Source of the DNA: Raillietiella orientalis
Lineage: Eukaryota
DNA length: 64,000 bases
Direction of reading: 5' to 3'
NCBI GenBank assembly: GCA_036172245.1
Contig: JAYWIR010000018.1
Span: 1,240,001 to 1,304,000, forward strand
In this document: positions 27,766-39,695 of the stretch, piece after piece
How the letters are laid out: the number at the start of each line of letters is the position of its first letter
How positions within the stretch are numbered: position 1 is the first letter of the stretch
Position numbers and translations under genes: made by a program
Notes under the pieces: model-generated
What the model was told of the DNA's origin: nothing
The model's database searches: none
What the model saw: only the letters and a program-made list of their open reading frames with translations

Positions 27766-28499
27766 CCAGGGCGGGTAGCCGCAGCGTCCCGTTCAAATTG
27801 CAGGAAACGTTGCGGCAACACGCCGCTCGCTGGCTCGCTCTGGAAATCTTCGTCCGTTGGTTTTCCCCGGGAGAGAGCAGCATCCCCACCCCGGTGCGGC
27901 AGCTGCCGTACCACTGAAAGAGAGAGAAAGAGAGGAACAAAAAAAAAAAACGAAAACGAAATGCTAAACTCGCTGAAGAACAATGCGGGAGAGGGGGGGA
28001 GGGACAAAAAGAAAGAAAAAGATGGCGAGGGTGGCAGCAGTTGCTTTCGCACCTCGGAAGGCCCAAGCGTCCGCAGAGTGGCGTCCAGGTGCTCTCCTGG
28101 AAGTCGCCCTCCCCCACGCCCACGCCGCTACAGCTCATCCCCAGATTTCGTCGCGCCAGCAAAGAACGGACGGAAGAAGGTCAAGAGCAGGAAAAAAAAT
28201 CGGAAGGAGTCAACGGGCTTGTCTCCGGATGCTGCCGGAAGGATCGGGGTCTTCCGCTCCAGGGTGCCTCGCCCCATTGTTCTCGACGTGTTTCACTCCG
28301 CTGCATACAAAGACAAAAGGAAGACGACACTTCCGTGCTGAAGACAGATGAGGGCTGAGAGAGCCCTCCTGCAGAAAGATGGCGGAAGCCTTTGATTGGG
28401 ATGTTGCGCTTCCGCCTTCCCTCGCAGAAACGAAATTCGGGGCATCGACCTCCCCCCCCCCCGGCTCTAAGCAGCTACAAACCGAGCGAGATGCGCGTC

Positions 28500-28720
28500 A
28501 TCCAGCCCAGGCTCGGCAGGACTCGGGCTTGCCATTCCGGGAGGAGAAAAACCAGGAAAGTGATCCGGCGATACTGGAAGCGGAGTCTTGGATCGGGACT
28601 CCCATTCCAGATGTGCGATTCCCCCATCCGGAACAGGGAGGAGAGGGGTCCCCACGCCGACCTCGCTCCGACTGGTGGCACTTCTCGCGTCGACAGCTCC
28701 CCCGTTCCTCGGGAAGAGAG
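28500..28720 (+). mobile_element. Possible decayed gypsy-type integrase zinc-binding (H2C2) remnant
   Basis: ACHSGRRKTRKVIRRYWK...CDSPIR...PHADLAP resembles GHxGxxKTxxxIxRxYW...CxxCxR...PxAxLxP. The downstream core is not recognisable. Confidence 0.3.
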
Positions 28721-29231
28721 ACAGAGAGCAGCCTTCCAGGAGGAGCAAACTCTGCGGGTTGGGCAAGCAAAGCGGGAGCGACCCAGCCCGGATGCTTCCA
28801 GGGAGACCTGGGCGTGAGCACTCCCGGCTCACGCTGTTCCAGCCCTCCCCGGCAACCTACAGGCACGCGCCAGGCGGGGAGCTCTGGAAAAGCTGCAGCC
28901 ATGGCCTGCAAGAATTCCTGACCCGCGCGGAAAATTCGCCGCTGGGCGTGGTGCCCGCACGACGCTCTAGAGCGCGCCACCGCACGAAGGAGCGACCCCT
29001 GGGCAGGAGCGAAAGCGGCCCCTTGGTGAAGATGGCGACGGACGGTGACAGCCGAAAAGTCGCGGGTATTCGCGGAGCCACGCGAGGAACCTGGGCGTCC
29101 CCAAGAGGGGGAGAAGCCCTTGGGACGGGGGAAGCTGAAATCAGCTGACGGACGGACGGCAGCAGGGAAGCGGCAGGAAAGTCAGGATTTTCGTCCTTCC
29201 GGGAACCCACGGCTCTTACCGACGATATCGG

Positions 29232-29614
29232 GAAATCTGGATCGGCTCTGCAACATCTGAACACCCGCCGCGAGACTCGGTCCTCCTCGAGCTGCGGAAC
29301 GACGCCGAAGGCGCCTACTTGCACGTCCGTTGCGACCTGCTCCAGGTGGAGCCCGCCGTAGACAGCTACCGTTTGACCATCGGTGCCGGGAACTCCAGGA
29401 ACGCCTCCGACGCCCTCGAGCAACACCACCCGGGACAACGATGCCAGCAGCACGCACTGCGCGCAGTGCTGCGTGGGCGCCTGGTGGTGCGGCCAACCTG
29501 AACGGCCGCCAAGGGATCGTCCTGATCTGATACAACGTGGACTCGCACAAGTGGATGCGACTGAAGAAGGTAGAGGTGAAAATCAGCCCCCTGCCGCCGG
29601 ACGCGGAGACGTGA
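29232..29614 (+). pseudogene. Fibrinogen-related domain (FReD; ficolin/techylectin/angiopoietin-like) pseudogene fragment
   Basis: Motifs occur in the canonical order over several frames: EIWIG, VLLELRNDAEG, VEPAVDSYRLTIG, NASDALEQH, TTRDNDASSTHCA, GAWW, NLNG..GI, LKKVEVKISP. It carries several frameshifts or deletions and an in-frame TGA. Confidence 0.8.
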
Positions 29615-30912
29615 TCGCCGGAAAAAAGAGGGAGGCGAGACCCCCCGCCCACACTTCTCCCTATGAGGCTCCGCTCTGCACGCTAGTCCGTCCTGAGGCG
29701 GCAGCCTCACGCCCTCGGCGTCGCGAAACGACGACCCGATCGCGCGGTGACCAGATGACGCGGTGGACGAACAAAAAAGAGAACGGCAAAAAAAAAGAAA
29801 GAAAGAAATCTGGAGTTCCCTGGCACTCGCACCAGACCTCGAGGTCCACTCGAAAGCCTTGCAGCTTCCGACTCTGACTGAGCGAGGACAAGAAAAGAAA
29901 AGAGGAAACAGAAGGGAAAGTGGAAATTCCTTCTTGGTCGCACGCCACGGGGGCGTTCCACGCGGATGCGACAACCCGCAACCGCAAGCGACCTGCGTGC
30001 ATACGAACGGACGAATCCGGACGTGCCGGAGAACGCTAATCTTCGGCTCCAACCTGCAGGTTCGCTCACGGTCCGTCCCGGCGAACTCAAAGGCCGACTG
30101 TGAGGGTCAGGAATCCGTTCCTGATCTGCTGAGCCAGCAAAAACACTGCGCCCGAGGGTCGTCCAACGCATCCCGCGTTGGACGACCCTCCCGTTCAGCT
30201 CCCGTTCAGTCGCGCAAAAAAACTTTTTGTTTTTTTTATCCCCCCGGTTCAAGAGGGTCTGCGGCCTTCCCTCGAATTTTTTCGGTTCAACTCGTTCGGC
30301 AAAAGGCTGCTGCAAGGACACGCTTCCCGCAGGATGCAAAACCGGCCCGAGCGCAAAAGTACACACAGATCCCTACCACAGGTGTTTCAAATATCTCTTT
30401 ATCCGGCATGGGAAGCCAGACTCGCATTTACCGTGTGCATAGCAAACCGTTCCTCCGTCCGGAAAAAAAGGCAAATAAAAACACTCTCAGACGAGAGTTA
30501 CGTGCACGAGGGGTTCTCAGAAAGATGCTCACTGGGAATGTTTCAGAATTCTTCCGCGTCAGTCTGGATGACTCGCGCAAGCACTCCACTACCACTCGGA
30601 GCCCAGAGTATATATATATATATATTTTTCATTCCTTTTCCTCCCTCCCGTGATAACATTTGCATGCATAAGTGCATCGCGAGCTTCATATAAAAACAAC
30701 ACATGCAAACATTTCGATATCCAATATATTACAGGAGCACGCTAAAGGCAAATAAAGCCCATTGAAGAAATGGGTTTTAGTGTGGCACACTGCCACTGCT
30801 CCAGGAAGAATGGTAACACTTGAAATGCATCTGACGAACAAGGTGCTCTTCGGCCTATCTGACCTCCCACCTACGTTGGATGAGATGCTCCCCTCGAAGC
30901 GTCCCCCAAGTA

Positions 30913-31848
30913 CGAGGCGCATCTCGAAAGTAAGAGCCGATCGGATATAAAGAAAGAACAGATAAGAGAAACAAAAATGTATCGGTGGTTCGAAACACAT
31001 ACATCCCCGTGTCATTTTTCTGCGTAGTCGCCATTTTTTCCCAAACACTTTTGACACCGTGGAAGAAGCTTTTTGAAAGCTCCTGCATGGAATTCCGCCG
31101 CCCGGGAGTTCAGTCAGTGAAGCGCTGAAAGTTTTCCACTCCTCCCTTACCCCCTCGAATCGTTGAGCCACTTCTGGAGGTGGAGGAAGACGTGGTGGTC
31201 ACTGGGCGCGAGATCAGCACTGTAAGCTAGGTGATCAAAAAGTTCCCATCTGAATTGCCGAATTGTCTGGAATGTGAGGACAGCATGTGTTGCCAAGGCG
31301 TGCGTTGTCGTGACGGAGAAGAACAATTCCTGATCTCAGCATTCCACGTCGTCGGTTCTGCTGAATGGCACGCCGCAGTGTTGAAAGTGTTTTTCGCAGT
31401 AGGCTTGCGAGGTGGTGGTTGTTCCGGGCTCCGTAAAGTCCACCCTTCGAAAGCGCACCCTTTCGGTCCCACACACTGCTGTGTCCTCACATTCCAGACA
31501 ACTCAGGAATTCAAATGGGGACTTTTTGATCACTCGGCCCTGACCTCGCCCCCAGTCACCACCACGTCTTCCTCCACCTCAAGGAGTGGCTCAACGATTC
31601 GAAGGGAAAAGGGAGGAGTTGAAAACTTTCAGTGCTGTTGGACTGTGTGCACTCCCAGGCGGCGGAATTCCATGCAGGAGCTTTCAAAAAGCTTCTTCCA
31701 CGGTGTCAAAAGGGTTTGGGGAAAAAATGGCGACTACGCAGAAAAATGACATGGGGATGTATGTGTTTCGAACCACCGATACATTTTTGTTTCTCTTATC
31801 TGTTCTTTCTTTATATCCGATCAGCCATTACTTTCGAGATGCGCCTCG
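30913..31848 (-). mobile_element. Non-autonomous mariner derivative (936 bp) with about 380-bp inverted arms and TA target-site duplication
   Basis: Ends are TA-cgaggcgcatctcgaaagtaa ... ttactttcgagatgcgcctcg-TA. The minus strand carries broken mariner transposase motifs WDRKG, VDFTEPGTT, LRRAIQ.NRRRGMLRSGIVLL.HDNAR, WELFDH..YSADLAPSDHHVF. The right arm is an inverted copy of the same 3' end. Confidence 0.92.
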
Positions 31849-32375
31849 TATTTTCATCTAGGTTACTTCAGCCTTGATGTCTGTTGTACATTTATTCTCT
31901 TTGACACTCCTTTCAGCAAAAAGTACGAGTCCAAAGTGGCGTTTTTTCAGTGCATCTCAAGTCAGATGTAACAATTATCGGTATTCAATAGTGGGGAAGG
32001 ATTTAAGGAGCTGAGCTTCATTTTCACGAAAGTAGTTCTGCAGCTCATCTTCACCCAAGTCTCTTAAGACGATTCCGAGAGTACGACCTTAAATACTTTA
32101 CATCACTGCTGCAACTTCGACTTCAAATGAAAGACAGCGGTCAGTAGAGAAGAAAAAAAAATGATGCCAGTCGAAATGCAACTTCCGCCATTTTTTCTGA
32201 TGCAGTCAGTAAAACGAGATGACGAGGAAGCGAGAATTCTGGCACACACGGATGAAGTCTCCTCCTTCTGTACATTACTGCCTGCTTTTTAGATAGGTGC
32301 GCCCACTCCCTTGATGATAATGAAATTCTCTCCTTCTTTATACATGTCGAACCTTACTGAGTTCCTTGCTTCCCG

Positions 32376-32455
32376 GGTATTCCTCAGGAACCACAGCAAC
32401 TGATTAGACGAATAGCGGCCAACGGTTCACAGGTTTCTTCCTCCCCCTTTTCGAG
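32376..32455 (+). repeat. Short dispersed repeat, similar to 34215-34299
   Basis: ggtattcctcaggaaccacagcaactgatt...acgaatagcggccaacgg...tcttcctccccctttt occurs in both places with a few differences. Confidence 0.85.
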
Positions 32456-34160
32456 ACACAAAGTGCAAGACACAACCATTCCGCAAGACAGATTCCACCA
32501 GAGAGTCGACTGCACGTATCTCGGTAGATCACCGATCCGAGTTTTTTTATTTGAAGTCCTGCAGTAGCTTCGTCCCGGCAAGACAACAGCAGCATCGCCC
32601 TCGCACGTCTCAGCTTCTCGATTCAACTGTTTCTTGTTTTGGGAAACGCCGGATCCAGTCCGGCGCGATCCACAGCCATCACACGTCTGGGACTCGGGTG
32701 TGCAACAGGTCCACCCCATGTTTGCACGTATGCCATTCGCATGAAGTATTCCTCTTCGCGTGAACAGATACCTGAACAAACATCTTCTTGCTCACAGAAT
32801 GCAGACTGCCGTAGAAGTATGCAATAGGGAATTCCAACCTCATACCAGAAACCGCTTTATTACGCCTGCCTCTTTCAAGACCTAAGAATCGACAGCATTT
32901 CGTTAACATGGAAGCAATCCATTTTGCTATTACTTCTTCCTTATTCATTCTTAGACTTTCGTGTGAACGTGCGCGTGCGTGTGTGCAAGCTGACCAGCAA
33001 TGGTGTTTAAAAATACGGGCTGTTACGTTCCAATTCCGGAATTCATGTCTTCCATTTTTCCTTTAAGCAAAAAGATCACCACTTGCTTTCAAATTTTTCA
33101 ATTAAGATTTCAGCTAATTTTCTTTTTTTCGATGCACCCTTTTTTTTGTGTGCGTGTGCCTCCAGCCTTTTTTGTTGTTGTTGTGCAGTTTGTTATCCGT
33201 CTTTAGCTTTTCATTTTACAAATATTATAGGAAAGCACTTTTGTGTCCACAAACGGTGGATCCGATATACGCAGAGGCGGAATAAGCGGCTGTGAAATAT
33301 TTGCCTTTCCTCGTTACGAGGCGGAACGTGAATGTCCACGTAGAAGTAACCACTTGACAGTTACACTCGAAGACGGGAAAAAGATCGTTGACTGTTTACC
33401 AGCCAGAGAAGGACAAGCCTTCGGTCTCATCATCATCCGTACCTGAAACAGATGCAAATGCGGGATTGCAAGAAAGGATCAGTGTTTCAGATCGTTGCTG
33501 CTGGACGTGAGCGACTGGGTTTCTTTTCGAAAACGATTCATTCAGCGAATTTCAGCACCACCCATCGTGCGCCATCACTGCATGCAAAAATATGGCAAAT
33601 CATTACGAAAGGTTGGACAGAAAACTTCATGTGAAACATCAAAACGCTGCCCGTAGAGTTTAGCTGGGTTGGAAACTTGGACGGCATTCCGCACCGACCT
33701 CTTACACTTTGCAGTTAGTGCTTTGCATCTTATCTTATCGGTTTCTGATATCTTTCGCATACTTCCTTATCGTGGAAACCGAATATTTTAAATATTTTAC
33801 ACTGCCTCCTGACGGACGACAGCATGAACAAATATAGTTATCAGCAAAAAAAAATAATACCTGCATCAAAAGCCTTTCAATGGTTATGGCCAACACGAAA
33901 ATGGATGGGAATGGCCTACTGGAAAATGGGTTCACAGCAACCGTTCAGCAAGTGAAACAGAGAGGAAATTGGAATCCCCCAAATCGAAAAACACGCAAGA
34001 AAAAAGCAATCTGAAAGCCGCCTTGTGATCTCTGTGATCGGAGTCTCCCATCGCTGAACACGTAAGTACACGGGAGAGTTGGTTTCTTGCATCCGTGCGA
34101 AAAGAGCTTGCTGTCAGGGAAGGTTTTCGAGGTACCCGAACGATTCCCGGCGTTCCACAA

Positions 34161-34357
34161 GTGAGGAGGTTTCACATCATTCCTAGTGATTTCCCGATTT
34201 CATAATCTTACGAAGGTATTCCCTCAGGAGCCACAGCAACTGATTGATCACACGAATAGCGGCCAACGGCTTACGGATCTCTTCCTCCCCCTTTTTGAGT
34301 GAGTGAGGAGGTTTCACATCATTCCTAGTAATTTCCCGCACCGCAATCTGACGAAGG
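34161..34357 (+). repeat. Partial tandem duplication (period about 142 bp) containing the second copy of the 32376-32455 repeat
   Basis: gtgaggaggtttcacatcattcctagt starts at both 34161 and 34303. Confidence 0.85.
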
Positions 34358-37028
34358 AAAATATATCAACGCAACTTCAACGATACTGATCAAAATTAAT
34401 GGTACGATAGTACAGCGTTGATGAATTACCCGAACAGGAGCAATCCATTCTTTGAAAAGGTTTTGCTACTGTCTTCCTTTGCGTCCTTCTTGCACGCTGT
34501 AGCCAGCCCTCCAGACCGGTCGTTAGTCTAAACACGCAAACACTTCGAGATGCACTTTGGAAGGCGCACGGGATTCCGAGAAGCGAGAAAGATGCTCTTT
34601 CCTGAGCCATTCAGTCACAAACGGCTAGGCTTGTGGTAAAAGAACCGTATTTTTTGCATGGCGTTGTCCGTAGCGCGCGCGTACACACGGAAAGAGACGG
34701 ATAGAGGATACGAACCGAGGAATTTTCGATTCCGCTTTAGCTTTCCGGTTAAACTCTTCATTTATATGTGGGGGACGTAAGTTAAACCATCGCTACTGCA
34801 GAAAGCGAAAGAAGACCTCCGAGAAACCAGTCCTCTGCGCCACTGGATGCTCTGAGATTCCTCTTTCGTGTCTCGTTATTAGTGCAGGGTTTTAAGCTGT
34901 TCTCCTAGTCAAAATGGGGTTTCCCAATCAATTTCCTATCGTATTGTCCGGGATTTTCCGATGGGGATATATTCGAAGACAACGACTTGACCCTCTGATT
35001 GAAATCTTAAAACATTTGCACGATCTCTTGATCATTCAACCCAAAAATGGTTCCTCGCTCAATCAAGCTTGCCACTGCGTGCTATTTTTGAATAATCTAA
35101 TGAGGGATCCAAGCAAAGATGTGAAGCAATCGGCGCAAACTCAAGGGTGTGCATAGAAGAAACGGGCACTCTATGTGGAAACTGCCAAGACAGAATGATT
35201 TGCAACGGAGTACCAGAAGACGAAGAAGATGATGGCTGAGCGGATCAAGATTGGCCGCAGCATGCACGAAAAGATACTCTGAGGCAAGGGTGAACGCAAA
35301 AATTCAACAACGGCAAGACCTGAGGACACGAGCACAGGGAAGACCTCGAAACCGATGAGGAATCGTTCAGGCACAAAGACGTTGAAACCACACAGGGACG
35401 CTTCAACGCAGAACCATAAAGTGTCCACTTACAAAAGAGAAACCAAGAAACAACGAGAATAATAACAAGGTTCGGTAATATACGTTTGAGTCTTTGGTAT
35501 TTCTTGAGAATATGATTTCAATCAGTCTTGCAGAGAAAGACACTTGGAACAGTGGAATGTGGATTCTGCATCAGCGTAGCAAACCTTTCTGCGGTGTAAA
35601 CTCGCCGGGAACTCGAGGAAAAGAACGCAGAAACGCTTCTTATAGCCTTTAATCCAGAATTATGCATAATGCGTCAAGTGTACAACAACGTGTGTTCCGT
35701 GTTGAAAACTCGATGGCTGGGAAGCTAGCGAACCAACGGGAAAGCCGGAAGAAACACACATGATGCATTCACTCATTTCTCGTAACACTTGCCAAAAAAA
35801 AAAAAAATTAGAACCACGTGGATCGTAACAAATCTCACTATTAAACGACCGTGGCAAAATGAAAATGACAAGCTCAACACGTGGAACGTTCCTTGTCATG
35901 TCCGGCGTCAAACAAAAAAACAGAAAATCATAAACAGTTTGATCAAAAGTTTATTAATCAGAGCGGGACTTAGACGGGAAAAAATATAGAGGTCTCGTTG
36001 AGTGTGTAGAACAAAAAAGTATTCCGCACGCATCTCAATCTTTAGCTCACCTTTGATTCGCTGGCGGATCGTTGGTTCAGATAATCTAGCTGCTTTTGGA
36101 GGATGGCTCCAGTATCTACGAACCGCTTCAGCCATTGGTCTATCTCTCCATTTCCACACAGTATTTCGGAGGGATAACGCAAATTCATAGAACGGCTTCC
36201 AGGATCACAAGCGCTCTAAGCAACAAGAGCAATTCAGTACACAAAAATCACCTTACATGGTTTCAATGTCCATCCAAAAACGTGTAATTCAAACACGGAA
36301 CAAGATGCAATCACAGCAGCCGCGTAAACATGACTCAGTATCTCAAGGCAGCATTTAACTTTATTTGCATCAAATTATGCGATTTTTCGAAACAAACAAA
36401 AGTGTCTGAGAAAGGAGTGCATAGCAATAATTTCACAGACTTTCATGATATACATCTCAAGAACTTTGGTGCAGAAGTGTCGGCATTGCTCGGCAAGGAA
36501 AAATCGGGAGCTTTCAAGGTCACGGTGATTGAAATTGGATAAACCATGTGAATCACACAGCGGTGGTCAACATGGACACCCTCGCTGCAAAGTGACACTG
36601 CCAAACAGCCTCGGTGTACGAACAGCTGGAGAATCCAAAGCCGGTGAACATCGAGATAAACATGTTGGCAGTGTAAAGCCAGCAAGATGAATAGGAAAGG
36701 AAGAAAAAATCACTTTCAATCGACATCGAGTTATCTCAACATGGCCGGGAAAGCTGCACAACAAAATTCAGTACATTCCTGAGAATGTGATGAAAAAGAC
36801 TCCAAATAAAGTCCGAACAAGTTTTTTTTTCTTTCTTTCTTTCTTTCTTTTTTTAAAAAAAAAAGAAAAAGAATGGGGGGGGGGGACTTTACCGTGAAAT
36901 TCTATTATAAACGATCTTCCGTAAAGTGTTTTTTTTTTTTTTTTTTCCTTACTGTACACAAGTGCAGGTGCAAAAAAAAATGCTCGCAAATTAGAAGAAC
37001 CGGAGCACACGAAACGCAGCGACCACGT

Positions 37029-37070
37029 ATGATGATGGCTTTACTACAGCAGTAGTAAAGCCATCATCAT
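37029..37070. repeat. Perfect 19-bp inverted repeat with a 4-nt loop
   Basis: atgatgatggctttactac-agca-gtagtaaagccatcatcat, read directly. Confidence 0.95.
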
Positions 37071-38519
37071 CACTTGTGGGAGACCAAGAAAAACGTCGCA
37101 GGATCTGCACCCACAATGCAGGCCGAACCCGAAACCCCGTCTCCAGAAACCTGAGTAATCGAGGGTTTTCCACCCTGGAGGAAAGAGTGAGACCCCACAG
37201 CCTTAAACTTCGGAAGTTTTACGGCCGTTTTTCCCGCGACAACACGAGCGCGTGTTTCGTGCAGCTCTGCCGGATGACGGGGGTGTCGACACGGCTAATA
37301 GGGATGGCAGCCGCCTGACCAACAACAACACGCGGGGGACCCCTCTCGGCAAACAAACCCTGCACGCAGGAGGACGTGTTTTCCGACGGGAAAATCTGCA
37401 CGGCAGAACACCCTTAAAAACACGCGCTTCTAATTTACTGCTTTCGCCGGTCCAAAAGTGTCTCCTGCACGACCGTCGTCGTGCAGGGTGGAAGAGCACA
37501 GCTTCTTAGCGACCGGAGCGGAACTTTTGGAGTCCCCACGACGCTGTCAACAAATAAACCTAGCCAATCACCGGCAATAGATATCCTATTTAGATGCCTC
37601 GATGGATTAAATAAACAATCTCTCTCTCTCTCTCTCTCCCTCGAGGAAAAAAAAAAAAAAAAAAAAATAGATGCAATCACGGAACAAACGCAAGGGATAA
37701 ACGGTTGCGTACACCAAGCAAAAAACTCCCGAAACGTGTACAAAGTGCTCGATACGAATCGACTCATATGTCAATCTTTGGTTAAAAAAAAGAAAGAAAG
37801 AAAGAAAGAAAGAAATTAAGAAAAAAAAAAAAAAATTTTTTTTTTCTTCTTCTTCCCGGTAGAAACCCTCACACATTACAGTACAAGCAACAACCGTGGA
37901 ATCACACGCTGATAATAGAGAACATTTTTCGTTACCACGTCAAAAAGTCACTTGCAAATCCACTTACCATGTTCCTCAAAACGTAATACGCCAAATGCCT
38001 TAACGGATCATCGTCCGTGTTTTTCATGCTGGCTACGTGTATGAATACCGAATGCCGGGAAAGAACGTAATACAAGTAAGTATTTTGCAATTATGTGAGC
38101 ACAGAGTACAAGGGAGGAGGAGGAGGAGGAGGGGGGGGGGCCGGGGGTGGTGCATAAGTGGTCAAACCAAACGCCGCGGCAGATCGGCAGGCTGCCTCCC
38201 GTCCACACGGCATCCACGAACCTCCGGCACATCTAGCATCTTGGAACAAGTACGTACTCGTGCATGCACATGCTCTTTTCGCCAGCACACTCGCGTCAGG
38301 TCATCTACTAACTCATCCAGCATACTCGGTTGTGTCTTTATCACGTCATACCTGCTGTGCTCGCCCCTTGCATCGCTGCTGCAACGCAACCGAGTACACA
38401 TCACACGCGCGCGCTGCGGAACGGCGCGCGCGTTCCGCCCGTCGCGCGGCGGCCAAGAACACCACGCCAGCTCACTGCCTGAATCAAACCGATTTATTCA
38501 AATTTTTAGAAAAAAGTAA

Positions 38520-39695
38520 TCATTTCTCGTTGCTCTTCTCCTCCTTTTCCCTGTTATATCTTTCGAGCTCCTTCAGGAACTGAGCTTTGGGTTTCATGAC
38601 GGTAGGCTTGTCGCCCCTACAACGCGGACAAAACCACTTGCCCTTCGGCTTTGTGGTTAAGGACACACAAGAGAAATGGAACCACTCGATAGGGCACAAG
38701 TCATTGTCACAGCCAATCATTTCACCAAAACTAACTTGTTCACACAGACAGTACGTTGGTTCATTGGGATCAATGGGCACTTCTTCGGCTGAATGTCTCA
38801 GTTCTTTTTCCACTTTGTTTTGTTTCTTTTTCTTTTTGTTGGAACTGTTTTTCTTGTTAGAATACATTTTGTCCATACATTTATCATTTTCTGCATCTGT
38901 ACTGGAGAGATCCGTGATTCTCATGGTTCTACGGGAGCGTTTGGTGTTTCTATCTTGCTGCTGACCTTGGTTGCATTCTTTTCTACTTTCCTTCACTTCA
39001 GGTTCTCGACCAATCACTGGAATCACAAACAACCTTTAAAAACACAGTAAAACAAAGAAAGCACAGCTCACTAACTACTTTGGGCACAATCACTTAAAAA
39101 GCAACTCCTGAAATACAAAATTCATGAATATCTACTTTATTTCAAAATAGGCTGTTACTATGATCTCTGGAACAAAATTTGATACAGTCACTGAGAATAA
39201 GAAAATGACTGCATTGCATGGACATTGTAAAAAAAAAAAATAAAAATGATCTATAATCTATGGATTCCATTAAATGAAAGCACCATTATCCTCACCCAGA
39301 TTTTTGTAATCATACTCTAGTTGCCTCGATTTGTTCTCTATGCAATCCTGAATGTGTTGAACAATGCTTAATTTTTCATCTCCAATTTCCTGAATTGATA
39401 TCAATAATCTCTGTATTCTCAGCAAGGTTTTTCTACGCAGCAAAAAATTATCTTTGGAGTCAAGAAGCTGATCATGTTGATTATTTAAATCTTTCTGCAA
39501 ATCTACAAAGTTTATAACAAATCTATAGTATCCAACACTTAATCTTACAGTACTCTTACTTTGGTAACATATATCAAGTTCACGCATTCTGGTAATATGA
39601 CGTTGAATGTCATCAGGCAAATTTTCTACACAGTCAAAATAGTCTTCTACATAAGTTGCTGAATATAAGGCTTCCAAACCAGCTTGATTAATCAT
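38520..39695 (-). CDS. ING1: Inhibitor of growth protein, ING1/ING2-like PHD-finger protein (about 279 aa)
   Basis: Exons 39560-39695, 39296-39502 and 38520-39016 join via GT-AG introns of 57 and 279 nt into an 840-nt frame. N-terminal ING domain [18 protein letters not shown]...QEIGDEK; PHD finger [53 protein letters not shown]. Confidence 0.95.

Noticed and set aside
1..30600. Hundreds of long overlapping ORFs on both strands, for example 11029-12285 (418 aa) and 19383-20504 (373 aa)
   Set aside because: They are Arg/Pro/Gly/Ala/Ser-rich with no recognisable domains and are expected from high GC content and scarce stop codons.
39034..39035. Alternative acceptor (tttaaAG) for ING exon 3
   Set aside because: It gives a TGA within three codons, whereas the AG at 39017-39018 keeps the frame.
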